A DNA stretch of 64,000 nucleotides, from positions 17,422,001-17,486,000 of the forward strand of contig CATNEN010000001.1 in the NCBI GenBank assembly GCA_950097015.1, in the 5' to 3' direction. Positions within the stretch are counted from its first letter, which is position 1, and each line of letters begins with the position of its first letter. Origin of the DNA: Macrostomum hystrix (taxonomy: Eukaryota > Animalia > Platyhelminthes). Position numbers and translations under genes: made by a program. Positions 50,425 to 63,449 of the stretch are shown here, in pieces. The notes under the pieces are model-generated. The model worked only from the letters and a program-made list of their open reading frames with translations. It had not been told where the DNA came from and made no database searches.

Positions 50425-53029
50425 ATGCCAGCTATATGGAGATGCAGATGCTAGTGAGGGAGCATAGATGGGATGAGCTTGGTAATCTTGTGGGGGGTCT
50501 TCTACCCACTGCCGAGAAGGTATCGAAGCCAGTCAGGAAGAGAAGGAAGCTAATTAGGGCGGCCAAGAAGAAGGAGAGACGCAGGATGTTGTTTGCTGAG
50601 ATGCAGAGAGTTTATGAGAAAGGGAGGAAGAGAGCGGCAAAGGCTGTTTTTACGGGCGAGTGGAAATCTTTGGACGATAACAGTAAGGAGGAAATAAGTA
50701 TAGAGCAGCTGGCAGGTTATTGGGGTGAGCTATTAGGGAGGGAGTCGTGCAAGGACGATAGAATTAGGAATAGAAGAGATAGGGTGTTGGAAATTATGAA
50801 TCCAGGAAGTGCAGGTAGCTTTAAAAGGGCTGGGGGGTCCGCGCCGGGTCCTGATGGGGTCAAGGTCGACACTCTAAAAAGTATGGATCCTCATCTCTTG
50901 GTGCTACTCTTCAACGGAGTCTTGGTGTGCGGCAAAACTCTCAATCCATTCAAAAACACACGCACTATTCTTATTCCAAAAAGGATTCTCCGACAGGTCC
51001 TGGCGACTTTCGCCCTATTTCTTTGTCTAATTTATGTTGTAGGGTATACCATAAAATTATCGCAGCTAGGCTTTCTAGACATATCAGTGTTCTTGCTACT
51101 CAAAGAGGCTTTAAGTTAGGGCTGGATGGGGTCTCGGCCAACCATTATGTCATCGAGGGCCTCATTGCAGATGCCAAACTAGGGAACAGTAACCCATTTT
51201 TTAGCCTTTATTGATCTTAAAAAGGCCTTCGACTCTGTCTACCACGATACGCTTGTGGCTGCGGCGGACAGAGTCGGAGTGCCCGAACTTTGTAAAAATA
51301 TCAAAAACTTTTATCATGACAATTTTACTTTCTTATTTGGCGAGAGGATCCGAATTGAAAGGGGAGTAAAGCAGGGAGACCCGCTTTCTCCTATTCTTTT
51401 CCTCTTTGTTATTGACGAATTGCTTGCAGCGCTGGATAGCAACATCGGATATACGATTGAAGGGCACAAAATAAATAGTGCCGGATTCGCCGACGACATT
51501 GCGATAGCCGCATCCTCAGCACCAGGCTTGAGGGCACTGCTGAGCCAGTTTGAAGCAGCGCTTAAGGGCTCCGGCCTGGAGGCAAATTCATTAAAATGCG
51601 CCAGTCTCTCTATAATATACGACGGGAAGAAGAAGAGATGGCTCAACGATACAAACGAAAAATTCCAAATACACAGTAAAGAAAAGCCGAGCATTGGCCT
51701 AGATGAAACCTATGCCTACCTCAGGTTGGGCATCAACGCCGAAGGTGCGGTCACTAACGGCCTAGACATGCTGAAAAACTTACTTAGTAATTTGCGAGAG
51801 GCGCCGCTCCGCCCTCAACAAAGACTATACTTCTTGCGAAACAATGTATTACCCAAAGTAACATACCAGTTTGTACACGGAAGAGTGCATTTGAAAGCTC
51901 TAAAGGAAGCCGATATTTTAATACGTAACTTCACTAAACATATACTTAAGCTCCTTCATGACACGTGCGATGGTTTTATTCATGCGAAGGCAGTGGACGG
52001 CGGATTAGCTTCACAACTAACGTACCGTATCAAAAAAGGCCAGACTAGATTATCTTCTTAACTGTATAGATCCATGCATTAGGGACCTAGCTAATAGAGC
52101 GAGGATCAAGAACAAATACACGATGGGGCCGCAAGTTCAAGTCTTTAATAATACCAAGCTGATTAACAGCTTTTGGGCCGATAAGCTGCACTCCACCTTT
52201 GATGGGGCAGGCTCCACCTCCGTGGAGTCCAACAACGTCAAACAAGTGCATTCATGGGTTACGGATGGCACAAATATTCTCTCGTCCGAAATGTTTAGTA
52301 AATTTATCAAAATCAGGGGCAACTTAAGGCCCACGAGAGCAAGGGCGGCCAGGGGAAGGCATAAAGTACCTAACTGTGATGCAGGTTGCCGCAAGCCGGA
52401 AGGTCTGGGTCATAATGCTCCAACAGTGTGACCGGACCTTTGACAGGCGCAATACAAGGCATAACAAAATCCTAGACCGCATCAGCAAACTGTTAACCGA
52501 GGAGGTAGAGCGGCTCAATAGCTGGCCCTCGCCCGAGGTTTGAACGAGCTAGTTTCTGGCTTTTTGGGGTGCGGTGCGGGGGTGGGTCACTAGAGGGAGG
52601 GTCCTGTCGGTCCGTTTCTGGCGTGCGTGGTGTGCGTGTGTGTTGATCTCTGCCCCAGTGTTCGTTCGCGAGGCTCTCCGAGCCACTTTTGACGGGGGGA
52701 CTCGCTCCTTCCTGACGTCGCGCCCGAGTGCTGAGTAGGAGACGGGTTGGCGGTTTCGGCCGAAACCGCCCGGACTATCTTGCATCCGGACAGGTAGTGG
52801 AGTAGGAGGCCGGCAGTGGCAGCGCCGGCGGGGTGGAGCGGAGGCGGTAGTTCGCGGGGTCTGGGCTTTCCTTCTTCAGTCTTTGTTCCTCCTTCCTTGC
52901 ATCCAACAGGCATTAGCCATATCAGGCGAAGCCTGTAACGTAGTTATTTTTTTTCTTGTTGCGCTATTTCTGCAAACCAATGTTACGACGTCGTGTTCCG
53001 GCATAATTTATCCTTCTACTAGTGGCGGA

Positions 53030-55718
53030 TGTGCAGCGGCAGGGAGCCTCCATGACGGACGCAGCGAGGAGGCGGCCGGTGCCGCCCATATCGCTAACCC
53101 CTGGCAGCCGGGCGGCCTCCAGCCAGGCGGTGCCGCTCAGGGTGGTCCGTCGGTCGGTTCCGCCGCGCGATCCCCCTCGCCATAGGCTGGGAAGAAATCA
53201 GCTCGGCCGGTATCCCGAAGGAAGTGGGCGAGCTGTGGAATGCTCTCGGGCGAGCAGGCTTCGACTAGGGTCGGCGCCGGCCCGAGATGTTTTAGCCTTG
53301 CCCGGGTGAAGGCCGGGCAGTGGCAGATGAAGTGCTCGGCGTTTTCGCGTGCGGAGCAGCAGAAGGGTCACGTTTCCTCCGGCACGTGGCCTTGGAGGTA
53401 GCGGTGTCTGGTGAAGCAGCCATGTCCTGAGAGGGCCATGGTGACTGCTCTCAGGTCTCTGCGGTTTAGCCTGAGCAAGGCTTTACGCAGGTTACTAGAG
53501 GGGTTTGGCACCGCAGCCCTGGACTGGCGACAGTTCAGGGTGCTAGACCACCTCCTCCGGTGTTGGGTCTCCATCCAGCGGTTGATGTTGGAGTTGACCA
53601 CGGAAATGGGGATCGGGTCCTCCGGGCCCGGGCCCAACAGGGAGCTGGCTGCGCCAGCCTTTGCAAGCTGGTCCGCCATCTCATTCCCTGTGAGCCCGGC
53701 GTGCCCAGGGATCCACATCAGCTCCACCGTGTTAGACTGTGCCAATCCATTTAACTGGGTGTGGCAGTCTAAGGTGGTTCTGGAGCGAGAGGTGCAGCGG
53801 CTGAGGGCCTTGAGAGCTGCTTGACTGTCGGAGTGAAATCCTTCGTCCAGTCAGCTGCCTCTGGCGCAGTTCAGCCGCACAGAGACTGATGGCGAGCATT
53901 TCGTTTTGGAAAACGCTAGAGCTCTTGCCACAGTGTTGGGAGTGGGTCCAGAGGACCTCACCACCCGAGGCGACGCACACTCCGAATCCCGATTTGCCGT
54001 TCATCAGAGAGCCGTCAGTGTAGCAGTGGACCGCTGGGTCACCCCAGTAGCCCTTGACCTCATTGCGAGGGAGGATGCTGACCTTGTACCTGTGGCTCCG
54101 GAGTAAAGTGGCCGAGAGGATGGTGAGCCCTCCACACTCGCCCAGAGTTTTCAGGCAAAGGTCAGAGTGAGGCAGAAGGGAGCGCCGGGTGGACTTAGCC
54201 GCTTCCCCTTATATAAAAATGTCAATGGGTGTAGCGTTGAGGAAGGCATTCATGCCTTCGAAGGGAGTGGAAGGTGGGGCGCCCAGCGTCATACGACAGG
54301 CTCTGCCCTGCACCCTATAGAGCGCCTCCAGGTTTTTCTGGATGCCCATGGCACCGGCCCAGATGAGGCCAGCGTACGCAACGGACGGTCTGATGATCGC
54401 CGTGTAAATCCACCAAAGGTTCTTGGGGGTTAGCCCCCACGTGGTGCCCACGGCACGCCTGACTTGCGCCAGTATGGCTAGGGCCCTCTTGGCCTTTGTG
54501 GTGATGTGCGGGGTCCAGTTGAGCCTATGGTCTAGCAGGAGACCAAGGCATCTGACCTGCTTTTCCATGGCAATATTCTTTCCATAGAGAGTCAGAGGCT
54601 TAATGGTCCAGAGCAGTCTGCTGGTAAACAACCACAACGGTCTTGGACTCAGAGAGTCGGAGCCCGCATTGGTCCGCCCAGCGCACCGCCCTGTTGATAA
54701 AGCCCTGGATGAGGTCCTTGGTGGTTTCCGCCGAGGGGCCCGCGCAGATGGCGGTCACATCGTCGGCATATCCCACCTTCAGGACCGGGTCGGGACGAGT
54801 GCTTTTCAGCAGCTCATCCATGACGAGGTTCCACAGCAGTGGAGTAAGGACGCCGCCTTGGGGCCCTCCTTTTTGGACAGGTACAGAGAGCGACCTGCCA
54901 TCGAGGTGGGCCACCACGTGGCGATGCCGGATCATGTACATGACCCAGCGAACGAGGTGGGGATGAGTGGCCCTGGAAACTAGGGCCCTCTCAAAGGCTT
55001 CGAAGACAACGTTATTGAAGGCCCCCTCGATGTCAAGGAAGACGGCCAGGGCGAAACCACTGCCCAGCACTGCCTTCTCGAGAGTCTCCACGATGTGGTG
55101 GAGGGCGCTCTCCGTGGACCGGCCCGCCCGGAAGGCGTGCTGGTTTTAGGAGAGCGGAGCCCGCCCTAGCTCTACAGTTAAGAAGGCGCCAGAGCACCAG
55201 TCTTTCCATGAGCTTGAGGCAGGTGGAAGTCACCTGCGATCGGGCGATAAGACTTGAGCGATAAGACTTGACCGATCGATAATCGCCTTTGGCGGGCTTT
55301 GAGATAAAGACGACCCGGGCTTCATGCCACAGCGCTGGCACACAGCCCAGCACGATGCAGGCCAGTAGAAGTCTGCAGAAGAGATGGAGGAAGCGGCCAT
55401 TTTTGACCGCTTCATGCAGAAAGGCCGGATAGATACCGTCTGGCCAGGTGTTTTATAATGGTTGAATGACTTTGCCGCGCGAGCAATGCGGTCATTCGTA
55501 ACAAGTGACTGAGCCAGGCCCTGACCACTACGCGAGTGGTCGTCTGGGCCAATGTGCGCCGGTACACTCGGGAAGAAATGCCCTAGCATGAGCTCGAGCG
55601 TTTCTTCCGGGCGCTCCGTGATCGAGCCGTCAGGCTTTTTGATCGACGAGAGCTTGGAGAAGCGGTCGTTGGTGAGCGCCTTTACCACGCGGGCCGTGGG
55701 CCGCGAGCCCTCAAGCCC
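53030..55718 (-). mobile_element. LOA/Lian-like non-LTR retrotransposon ORF2 (RT, RNase H, CCHC), 5'-truncated and frameshifted
   Basis: [45 protein letters not shown]-terminal C..C...EHFICHC. Confidence 0.85.
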
Positions 55719-56320
55719 GGTTTATGTGCTTGGTCGAAAGACCAATGGTGCGAAGCTACCATCTGAGGGATTAAGAATGAACGCCTCTTAAGTCTGAATC
55801 CCGCCCAGAAATGCAACGATACTATCGGTGCCCCTACGCCACACTGAGGGAGGCCAGATGCTGGCTGCTTCTATCATCACGGAGGACCGCATCGTTAAGG
55901 CGGCCACCTCCTTTAAGCCTTTCAAGGCTCCAGGGCCTGATGGCATCGTACCTGCCTTTCTTAGAGAGGCGGTTAAATGCCCAGGTTTCCTGCGCTCTGC
56001 GCCCCCGCTGCGTCCATGGACCACCCTGCAGCTAAGTCAAGTAAGTCAAGCCCCTACGCCGGGAGGCAACGATATACTTGGCCCGAAATCCGATTTCGGC
56101 GGCCGAGCTGGCTAAAGCCACTGCGATACTGGCCACTCCCACTGTCTTGATATTCGAAAGTGGAGGCACAGACACGATTACACTTGATTGAGACGTAGGG
56201 GTTCTATATCGCTTGTAGACGACTTAGATCTCGGTCGGGGTGCCGTACTTAGTTGAGCAGTTCTTCACTGCGATCTATTGAGGCTAAGCCTTTTGACGGG
56301 GAGATATGTCCGCTATGGTC
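55719..56320 (+). rRNA. 28S: 28S rRNA pseudogene fragment 3 (3' end), split by a 209-bp insert
   Basis: ATGGTGCGAAGCTACCATCTG..GGATTA...AACGCCTC, then TTGTAGACGACTTAGAT..CGGTCGGGGTG..GTA...CTGCGATCTATTGA. Confidence 0.88.
55841..56049 (+). mobile_element. 209-bp internally deleted LOA-like retro-copy with an 11-bp TSD
   Basis: TSD GCCCCTACGCC at 55830-55840 and 56050-56060; encodes SFKPFKAPGPDG; ends in an AAGTC-type tandem tail. Confidence 0.82.
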
Positions 56321-56391
56321 GGGCATTTTCCTCATACTTAACACACATTTCTTTTAGGTTCTACGTTTTTTTATAAAGCTTTTCATATACG

Positions 56392-56445
56392 TTAGTCAGT
56401 CAGTCAGTCAGTCAGTCAGTCAGTCAGTCAGTCAGCCAGTCAGTT
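56392..56445. repeat. (CAGT)n microsatellite
   Basis: Direct reading. Confidence 0.95.
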
Positions 56446-57099
56446 GGAGCCCTTTAGAGCCTTTTCCAAGTCTTGGAACTTCGATGTCTTGATTTATTTC
56501 ATCATTCTATACAAGTCTCTGAACCTCTGGCATATGAGTTAGTTTTTATGTCTTAAGAGTCTTGCAAAAAATCTCAGACTCAGTTGTGAAGGCATTCAAA
56601 CAGGCTTCTTTTCGTTTAAACGAAAAAGCAAAGATCAGAAAGGTTATATCTTTTTCGTTTTAAATTTGTAAGCTGACTAGGATTTTTTGACCATAGTTAC
56701 TCCTATTTACCCAATGCGAATCAGCTAACGAAGATTTCTGGGTCCTAGTTGCTCCCGCTTACCTATGCTTACATGACGAGGATATTTTACAATAGTTGCT
56801 CCCTGCTTACCTTAATTTTTAGACTATTTTTTTATTTTTTACTTTTTCTGCTGATCTTTAAAATACTTGCGATTTTGCACAGTCTTACACTAAGAAACTA
56901 AATAACGTCTTTCATTTCTGGCCGTAAACTCGCCGCACAGAACTGTCAGATGGAGTACGAAACATTATTAAGCAAACTAACTAAGTAGGCTGGATAAACT
57001 AAATAGCTGACGAGGATTTCTTTGTCATAGCTGCTCCAATATTTTACCTAATTACTACATTTTTTAAAACTTTACTGCTTCCTTCTCTTTCTAAACCAC

Positions 57100-60000
57100 T
57101 TCAGGAACTCATAATTATCTTTAATTACGTTACTTCCGAGTTACTTCTCGAGCCATCCAGGACATCAATGACTTTCATCAAGCTCCATCCAAGCCGTCCA
57201 ATCCTCTTGACTCTTCCGTCTATGAAGTCGTCGAGGTATGCGACAAAACCATCGTCGAGGAAGACTCTTCTCGAACTCCAACTTCTACTTCGGTACGTCA
57301 AGGTAACTCTTCTGTCCATGACAGCCAATTTCCGGACCTGCCACCTTCTACTTCTGGTTCTCAGCCACCGAAAGGTAACGCCAAAGTAGCTCCAGTGCTC
57401 TTCCTCATTCCAAAATCAACTCTTGACGAGCTTAGGTTCGAGAGGTTCCTTAAGGACAATTTTCCAACAGTCCGAATAAGGTCCGTCCAACGCTGCTTCT
57501 ACTCTTCCGGCTTCAAAGTCTTTGCTCTTGACGTCCAAGGTTACCAGCATCTTACTTCCGACGATCTTAAGCATCCGACCATCGATGGCATCCAGGTAGA
57601 ACGGCGCCTTCCTATTCGACGTGAGGACGCCCAGGTCAACTCCAGACGTCTTCCGCCCAACATCACGACTCCAAAAGCCTTGTCTTTCATCATCCGACAG
57701 GTATCTCTTGCAACAGATCTTAAGGACCTTCTCTTGAGAATCCAGACGGTCGAGCCCAACATCTCAGGCATTGTCCGAATCGTGTCTTCCTCATCCAACG
57801 AGCCAACTCAATTCGTCTGAGCCTTTACTTCTGACTTGGGTACGCAAACCCGATGCATCTCCAAAGGCATCCACATCGGGTTCTTCCACTTCCGCTGTGA
57901 GGCCAGCAGGTCACCTCCTCCACTAATGGCAACTCAGTGTGGTCATTGTCAGGCATTTGGCCACCATTCCAAGCAGTGTGATCGTTGACCAAGGTGCAGG
58001 GTCTGTGGGTATGATCACCTGACATCCGAGTGCGACAGCTTAGGCATTCCAAATTTCTACATTCAATGCGCCAACTGTAAACGTCCTCACCAGTCCAACG
58101 ACAAGGCATGTCCAGCACGACGAGCAGCCAACAATCGAGTCCAGGCATGGGCATCCAAAAACCTTCCTCCTCAGGTCCAACGTCCTCCTCCTCCGATGAG
58201 CTACGCCGCAGCTCTAGCTCCTCCTCCACAACAACGCCAAGCTATTCCTCCTCTTATGCAAGTTCCAACACTTCCGTACAACGACTCCAGCGAGGACTTC
58301 CCTTCTCTTCCTAACTCTTCGGTACCAAGGCAACCTTTGGTAAATCAGGTATCTTGCCTTCTTTAAAACAATGCACTCGCCGCCGCCGCAGCAGCGCCGA
58401 TCGAGAACACCGTCTATCACGAGCCGAGGAACGCCCTGCTGCCAACGCGGCCAAGATCCAGGCGTCCGGAACCGACTACGATCAGAGTTCCGCCAACTCC
58501 AGCGACCCCGGGCTACAGGCAGGCACCGATTGGCCCGAAGGTCCACGTTCTGGAGCTGTTGCAAGCAGTCGCCTTTGTGTTGGTCCACGCAGCGTTCGCC
58601 AAGCCGGAGCGGAGACCAAAACCGTGGCAGGACTAGTCGAGGCATCCATCCAGCTAGTACAATCGGCTACCAGGTGGCGTCCTCCGAGTTCCTGGACGGA
58701 TCAACTTTGCGACAATTTAAGTAATCTTCAATAATCTCTAAATTGAGTAGCTTAAATTTAATGTTATTAGCATGTCTACAACCAAACCATCTGGGCTGAA
58801 TCTAGAATCTAGGATAGAACCTAAAAACGAAACTAGTGAGTCAACTAATTCTAATAATACTGACACGATCAGTGTTTCTCAAAACGCAAAAACTATCCGT
58901 GAAAAGCAGTAGCTCTAAATTCAACAAAGACGAATTGACAATTTTGCATCTTAACTGTAATAGCATCTGGAACAAAATCAGGGAACTAAGAGACTACCTG
59001 AGAAATCACAATATAGATATAGCACTCCTCTCTGAGACAACTCTAAGGGAACCTGACAACGTCAACTTTTCTGGTTACTCCACAATCAGACTCGACACTC
59101 CTCAATGTAGACGTGGTCTACTCATAGCTCACCGTGAATTCATCAAAGTCAGCACTGTCAGTGCACACTACGACGGCACCAACCATGAATTCATCTCCAT
59201 CACCATTGACACCAAAGGCAACGGAAACGAGCTGCAGCATCTCACCATCTCACTATTCTATAGGGCACATCTACCGGAAACTCTCAACACCAGCATTCTT
59301 GATTCACTTCTCTCATCAACCTACAGCTTGATACTCGGCGACTTCAACTGCAGAATGGCAGCACTTCAGGGCGAAAGCCCAAAGAATTACACCGGAAAGC
59401 AACTCTATCAATGGCTCATCGACTGTGACTCACCTCCCGTTCTTCTCAACGAACCAGGACAATACACACGCTACGCAAAAAGAGCTGAGAAACATCTGGG
59501 CAAACCTCGCACCATACATCAGTCATTTTGAAGTAATCGACGACCTCAGCAGTGACTATCTCCATCAACTCGTCAAAATCTCAATCAAACCAGAGAACAA
59601 AAAACCACTGGGTGCACCTAAATGCTACACTAAAACAGACTGGGAAAAATTTCACATAGAACTAGAAGACAACATTACAACACTGTGGAACAATGACTTC
59701 AACCCGAGAAATACACGCGAGATCGACGAAGCCATCACGGACGTCCTCAAGCTGACCATCGACAAGGTAGTGCCAAACTACAACAACAGAGAAAAACTAC
59801 CACAACACATCCTTCAACTCATCAGGAATAGACGAAGACTTGGGAAATGTATCACCAAACGAGAATAGATGAATTCCGAGTCTCAGCCAACGAACTAGCA
59901 TCTCAGATTAGGAAAGAGATTCAACAATTTAGAGTTAAAAAATTCAACAGCCTATGCACCAAAATCACACAAGCTAGTCTTAAATTCAACAATAGTAAAT

Positions 60001-62260
60001 TCTGGAGAGACATTCCTATTATTATGGGCACCAATAGGGAACCAACCAAATTTGCAACTCTAGTCTACAATAACACTACTGCCATCAGCTGTAGTATTGA
60101 TTATGATAAAGCTAGCTTACTAGCCAAATCACTTAGTGACAAGATGAGGCCAGAACCAAGTACCTACAGAAGGTTGATAAACAAAGTGGCCCTATCACTA
60201 ACAATAGTACCAACTTCCAGCCGCTAAATAACCCAGACTCAAACCAAATTCAATCCGATGAAACCAATACCTACCTCACAGAACCAATCCGAATAGCAGA
60301 CGTCACCTGGGAACTTGCCCACCTTAGGTCGGGAGGAGCCCCAGGCCCTGATGGTATTCCAAACATCATCCTCAAGAAAGGCCTCAGTCCATCCTCTATC
60401 ATAGTGCTCACAAAAATCCTAGACAGTTGTCTCAAACTAGGCTATTTCTCAAAAGCCTGGAAAAAAGCCCACACCACAATGCTCCACAAACCAGACAAGC
60501 CCAAAAAGACCCGCTTAGCTACAGACCCATCAGCCTCACCTCCTGTATAGGAAAAGTGTTTAAGAAAATTCTAAAAAAGAGACTACAAATTCCTAGAAGA
60601 AAATAACACACTTGGTCATAACCAATGTACATACAGAGAGAAGCACTGCTCGTTGAAGTAATCGACGACCTCAGCAGTGACCATCTCCCTCAACTCGTCA
60701 AAATCTCAATCAAACCAGAGACAAATTAGACAACTTAGCAAGACTAGTACATGACATAATGGAAGGGAAAACTAAAAACAGATCAACTATCGGATGTTCT
60801 TTGACGTGGAAGGAGCCTTCGATAAAATCTGGCATGACGCACTGCGATACAGACTCCACAAGATCAAACTACCTATTAGATTAACTAGAATATTTTCCAA
60901 CTATATGGCAGACCGAGAAATTGCTGTCAGAGTAAACAGTCAACTCAGTGACTACTTTACACCCGAGGCTGGTGTTCCTCAGGGTGGAGTACTCAGCCCA
61001 ATTCTCTTCTTAATTGTGGTTGCCACAATACCCAAACCCAAAGACATCAGAGTCAGAGCCAGTCAATTTGCCGACGACACATCAATCTGGTGCCAGTCAC
61101 TCAGAGCGAGTGTAGCTGGCAAACTCATTCAAGACTTTATTGAAGAATACCAAAAGTGGCTTAGCAAAATTCGGCATCAAAGTCAATCCAAACAAGAGTA
61201 AAGCCATCGCCTTCATCCACAGAACCAAGAACTTTGGTCAGCCCCCTCCCATCACTTTCAACGGCACCATCATTAACTATCATCCTAGCGTCAAGTTCCT
61301 TGGAATCACACTCGACACTCAACTCATCCTCGCAGCTCACTGCTTCAACATTCTAAAAATCTGCGACCTTCGTGTTCTGCAACTACTTCGAGTAGCTCAG
61401 CTCACCAGGGCCACCACCAGCTCACTCATCGCCATCTACAGGGCTTACATCGAAAGCATCATCACCTATGCTTCACCCATCCTCACCTTCTCGGCAAGCA
61501 CTACGTGGGTAGACTGCAAATCATCCGAAATCGCGCACTGCGTCATTGCCACGATGCACCCAAATACTGCAAAAAAGCCTCCTACGAAAACTCTCTAAAG
61601 TTGAACCAATAAGGACTAGGATTGATGATCTAGCCAGTAGGTGGTTCCTGCGGGCTAGCGCTAACAAAATAGATGGTCTAGATAGCGTCGTTTATATCTC
61701 ACTAGCAAAAAGGACCAGAGTAACTCTGTTCAAACAACTAAAGAAACTTAGTGAAAAAATAGAAAGAATAGAAAATAGAAATAGAGAGGAAACTCTTAAG
61801 CCCAGATGGTTTGAGTAAATAATCTAAATCTAATGTAAAATGCATTGCTCACTACTTACATGCTACTTAGTAAATTAACATTGACTATGTAACTAATGCT
61901 CATCAACTTATAACTGCATGCAAACCAACCAGGAACATGCTGAAGTCAAAATACTAGTCTAAATAGCCATCTGGGTCAGCTCAGAAGCAAATGGTAAAGT
62001 CAGACCCAACCCACTTATATAGGCACACCATCAACCATTGCTATATTATATAGACTGAACAGCTCTCACCCCCTGTATGGTGGTGGCAAGTTTAAATGAC
62101 AAAAAAACTTAGCTCACTACTTACAGTAGACCCAGCATGTTCCTAAATTTAATATTGAACTCTAAAATGTACAATTAATAATTTTAAGGTCCTGTGCAGG
62201 CGGGGGTTTTTCCCACCCCAGACCCTCGTTCGAAAATAAGACACTAGAACTATTAAACAA
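57100..62260 (+). mobile_element. Near full-length degraded Jockey/I-group LINE (ORF1 with CCHC knuckles; ORF2 APE and RT)
   Basis: ORF1 QCGHCQAFGH..C and CANC..PH (57930-58110); APE LNCNS, LSET, GDFN; RT APGPDG, DVEGAFDKIWH, GVPQGGVLSP, QFADD, KFLGITLD; many frameshifts. Confidence 0.88.
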
Positions 62261-62639
62261 CCAATCAAACTTATCAAAATGATCCAAATTATCGAAAACT
62301 ACCAATCAAATTAGAAGATTAAACTTTGTGATTACCCGCGCACTGGGGTGTTTTCCCACACCTTTTTCTCCCTGGCACAGTGTACACGGCCAATTTGTTT
62401 TATTATAGAGTTGCAACTTTGTTTTACTTTATTTACTTTATTTATGCATGTTCTACTTTGCTCACGTGAATGTCAAAATGACTACTAATCAACTCCAAAA
62501 CTCTATAACCCAAACTCGCTACTTTTAAATAATTTACGAACAAGTAATATGTTTTAATCATAATTACCAAATATATATATTTATTTATGTAGCGTAAGAG
62601 CTTCGGCTGATGCGCGGGGACAGGGTGTAAAACCCTGTG

Positions 62640-63449
62640 TTTTACCCTAACTTAATAACTTAATAACAACAGCAGACTTTGCCGTAAAGACGGCCTCTTC
62701 TTTTGCCGTAAAGACCGGCTCCGACGGTGACGACGACACCGACGGTGTCGGCGGCGGCGGGGGCGGCGGCGGCGGTGGCGGCGTCGGCGGCGGCGGGGAA
62801 GGCGGCGGCGACGACGGCGGCGACAATGTCGGCAGCACCTGCGGGCTGAATGCTGCATCCAGCTCTGCGGCCTCCTCGGTCCCCGGCAGAGGGGGAGCTT
62901 CTGGCCGAGGCGGCGGCGGCGGTGCGAGTTACTCCAGCATTGTCTCCGGCACGGCCAACTCGCGCAGCAGACGTCCGGAACACCTCTCGGGCATCTGCCC
63001 GGTGATTTTCGAGGTGGCCGAACAAGCAGCCGGAAATCAACTACTCTTCTGCCAGTGGTTAGGAGCCAACTTCGCCGGAACCGCTAGAGCTACTAACACG
63101 CGTTGTGTACAAAACCAAGCTGCCTACCTAGTGAAACCGGCTTCCGAGCAGGACCATCAGCACTTCCTGAATGACCAGCTGAAGGAACCGCTGTTTCAAG
63201 GGCAGCCTGTTGTGCGCCGGCTACCCGCGCATGCGCCCCCTCGATGCTCGCCACGGTGCGGACCAGCTCGGGGAGCCGAGGACGACTCCGTCCACCTTTG
63301 TGGTTCGGGACGTCGACCTCAACATCCAAACGAACGACTTTAAATCAATGATAGAAGCAAACAATGTCACCGGGGTTACCGGCGTCCAGCGCATCACCCG
63401 GCTCTCTGACAACCAGCCCACCAGGTTGCTCAGAGTCTTCGTTGAATAG
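62640..63449 (+). mobile_element. 5' fragment (ORF1) of a related LINE
   Basis: FVVRDVDL...VTGVQRITRLSDNQPTRLLRV parallels FIIRQVSL...ISGIVRIVSSSSNEPTQFV at 57680-57817. Confidence 0.65.

Larger units (their letters stand above)
46810..52540 (+). mobile_element. R2: R2 non-LTR retrotransposon, degraded, interrupted by Gypsy and 3'-truncated before the endonuclease
   Basis: C2H2 finger CDICG...HQRGQH and Myb-like RWSEEEL (47385-47650); RT with APGPDG, QRGFK, DLKKAFDSV, GVKQGDPLSP, FADD (50436-52061); CCHC knuckle at about 52370-52430; same strand as 28S. Confidence 0.9.

Noticed and set aside
52749-52770. Perfect 22-bp palindrome GGCGGTTTCGGCCGAAACCGCC
   Set aside because: Isolated in unassigned TE debris; no function can be supported
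43250-56320. Functional rRNA gene
   Set aside because: Fragmented, large central deletion, substitutions in conserved motifs, and no 18S or 5.8S
56670-57040. Repeated CTGACGAG motifs resembling hammerheads
   Set aside because: No GAAA or supporting helices; more likely degenerate LINE 5' UTR repeats
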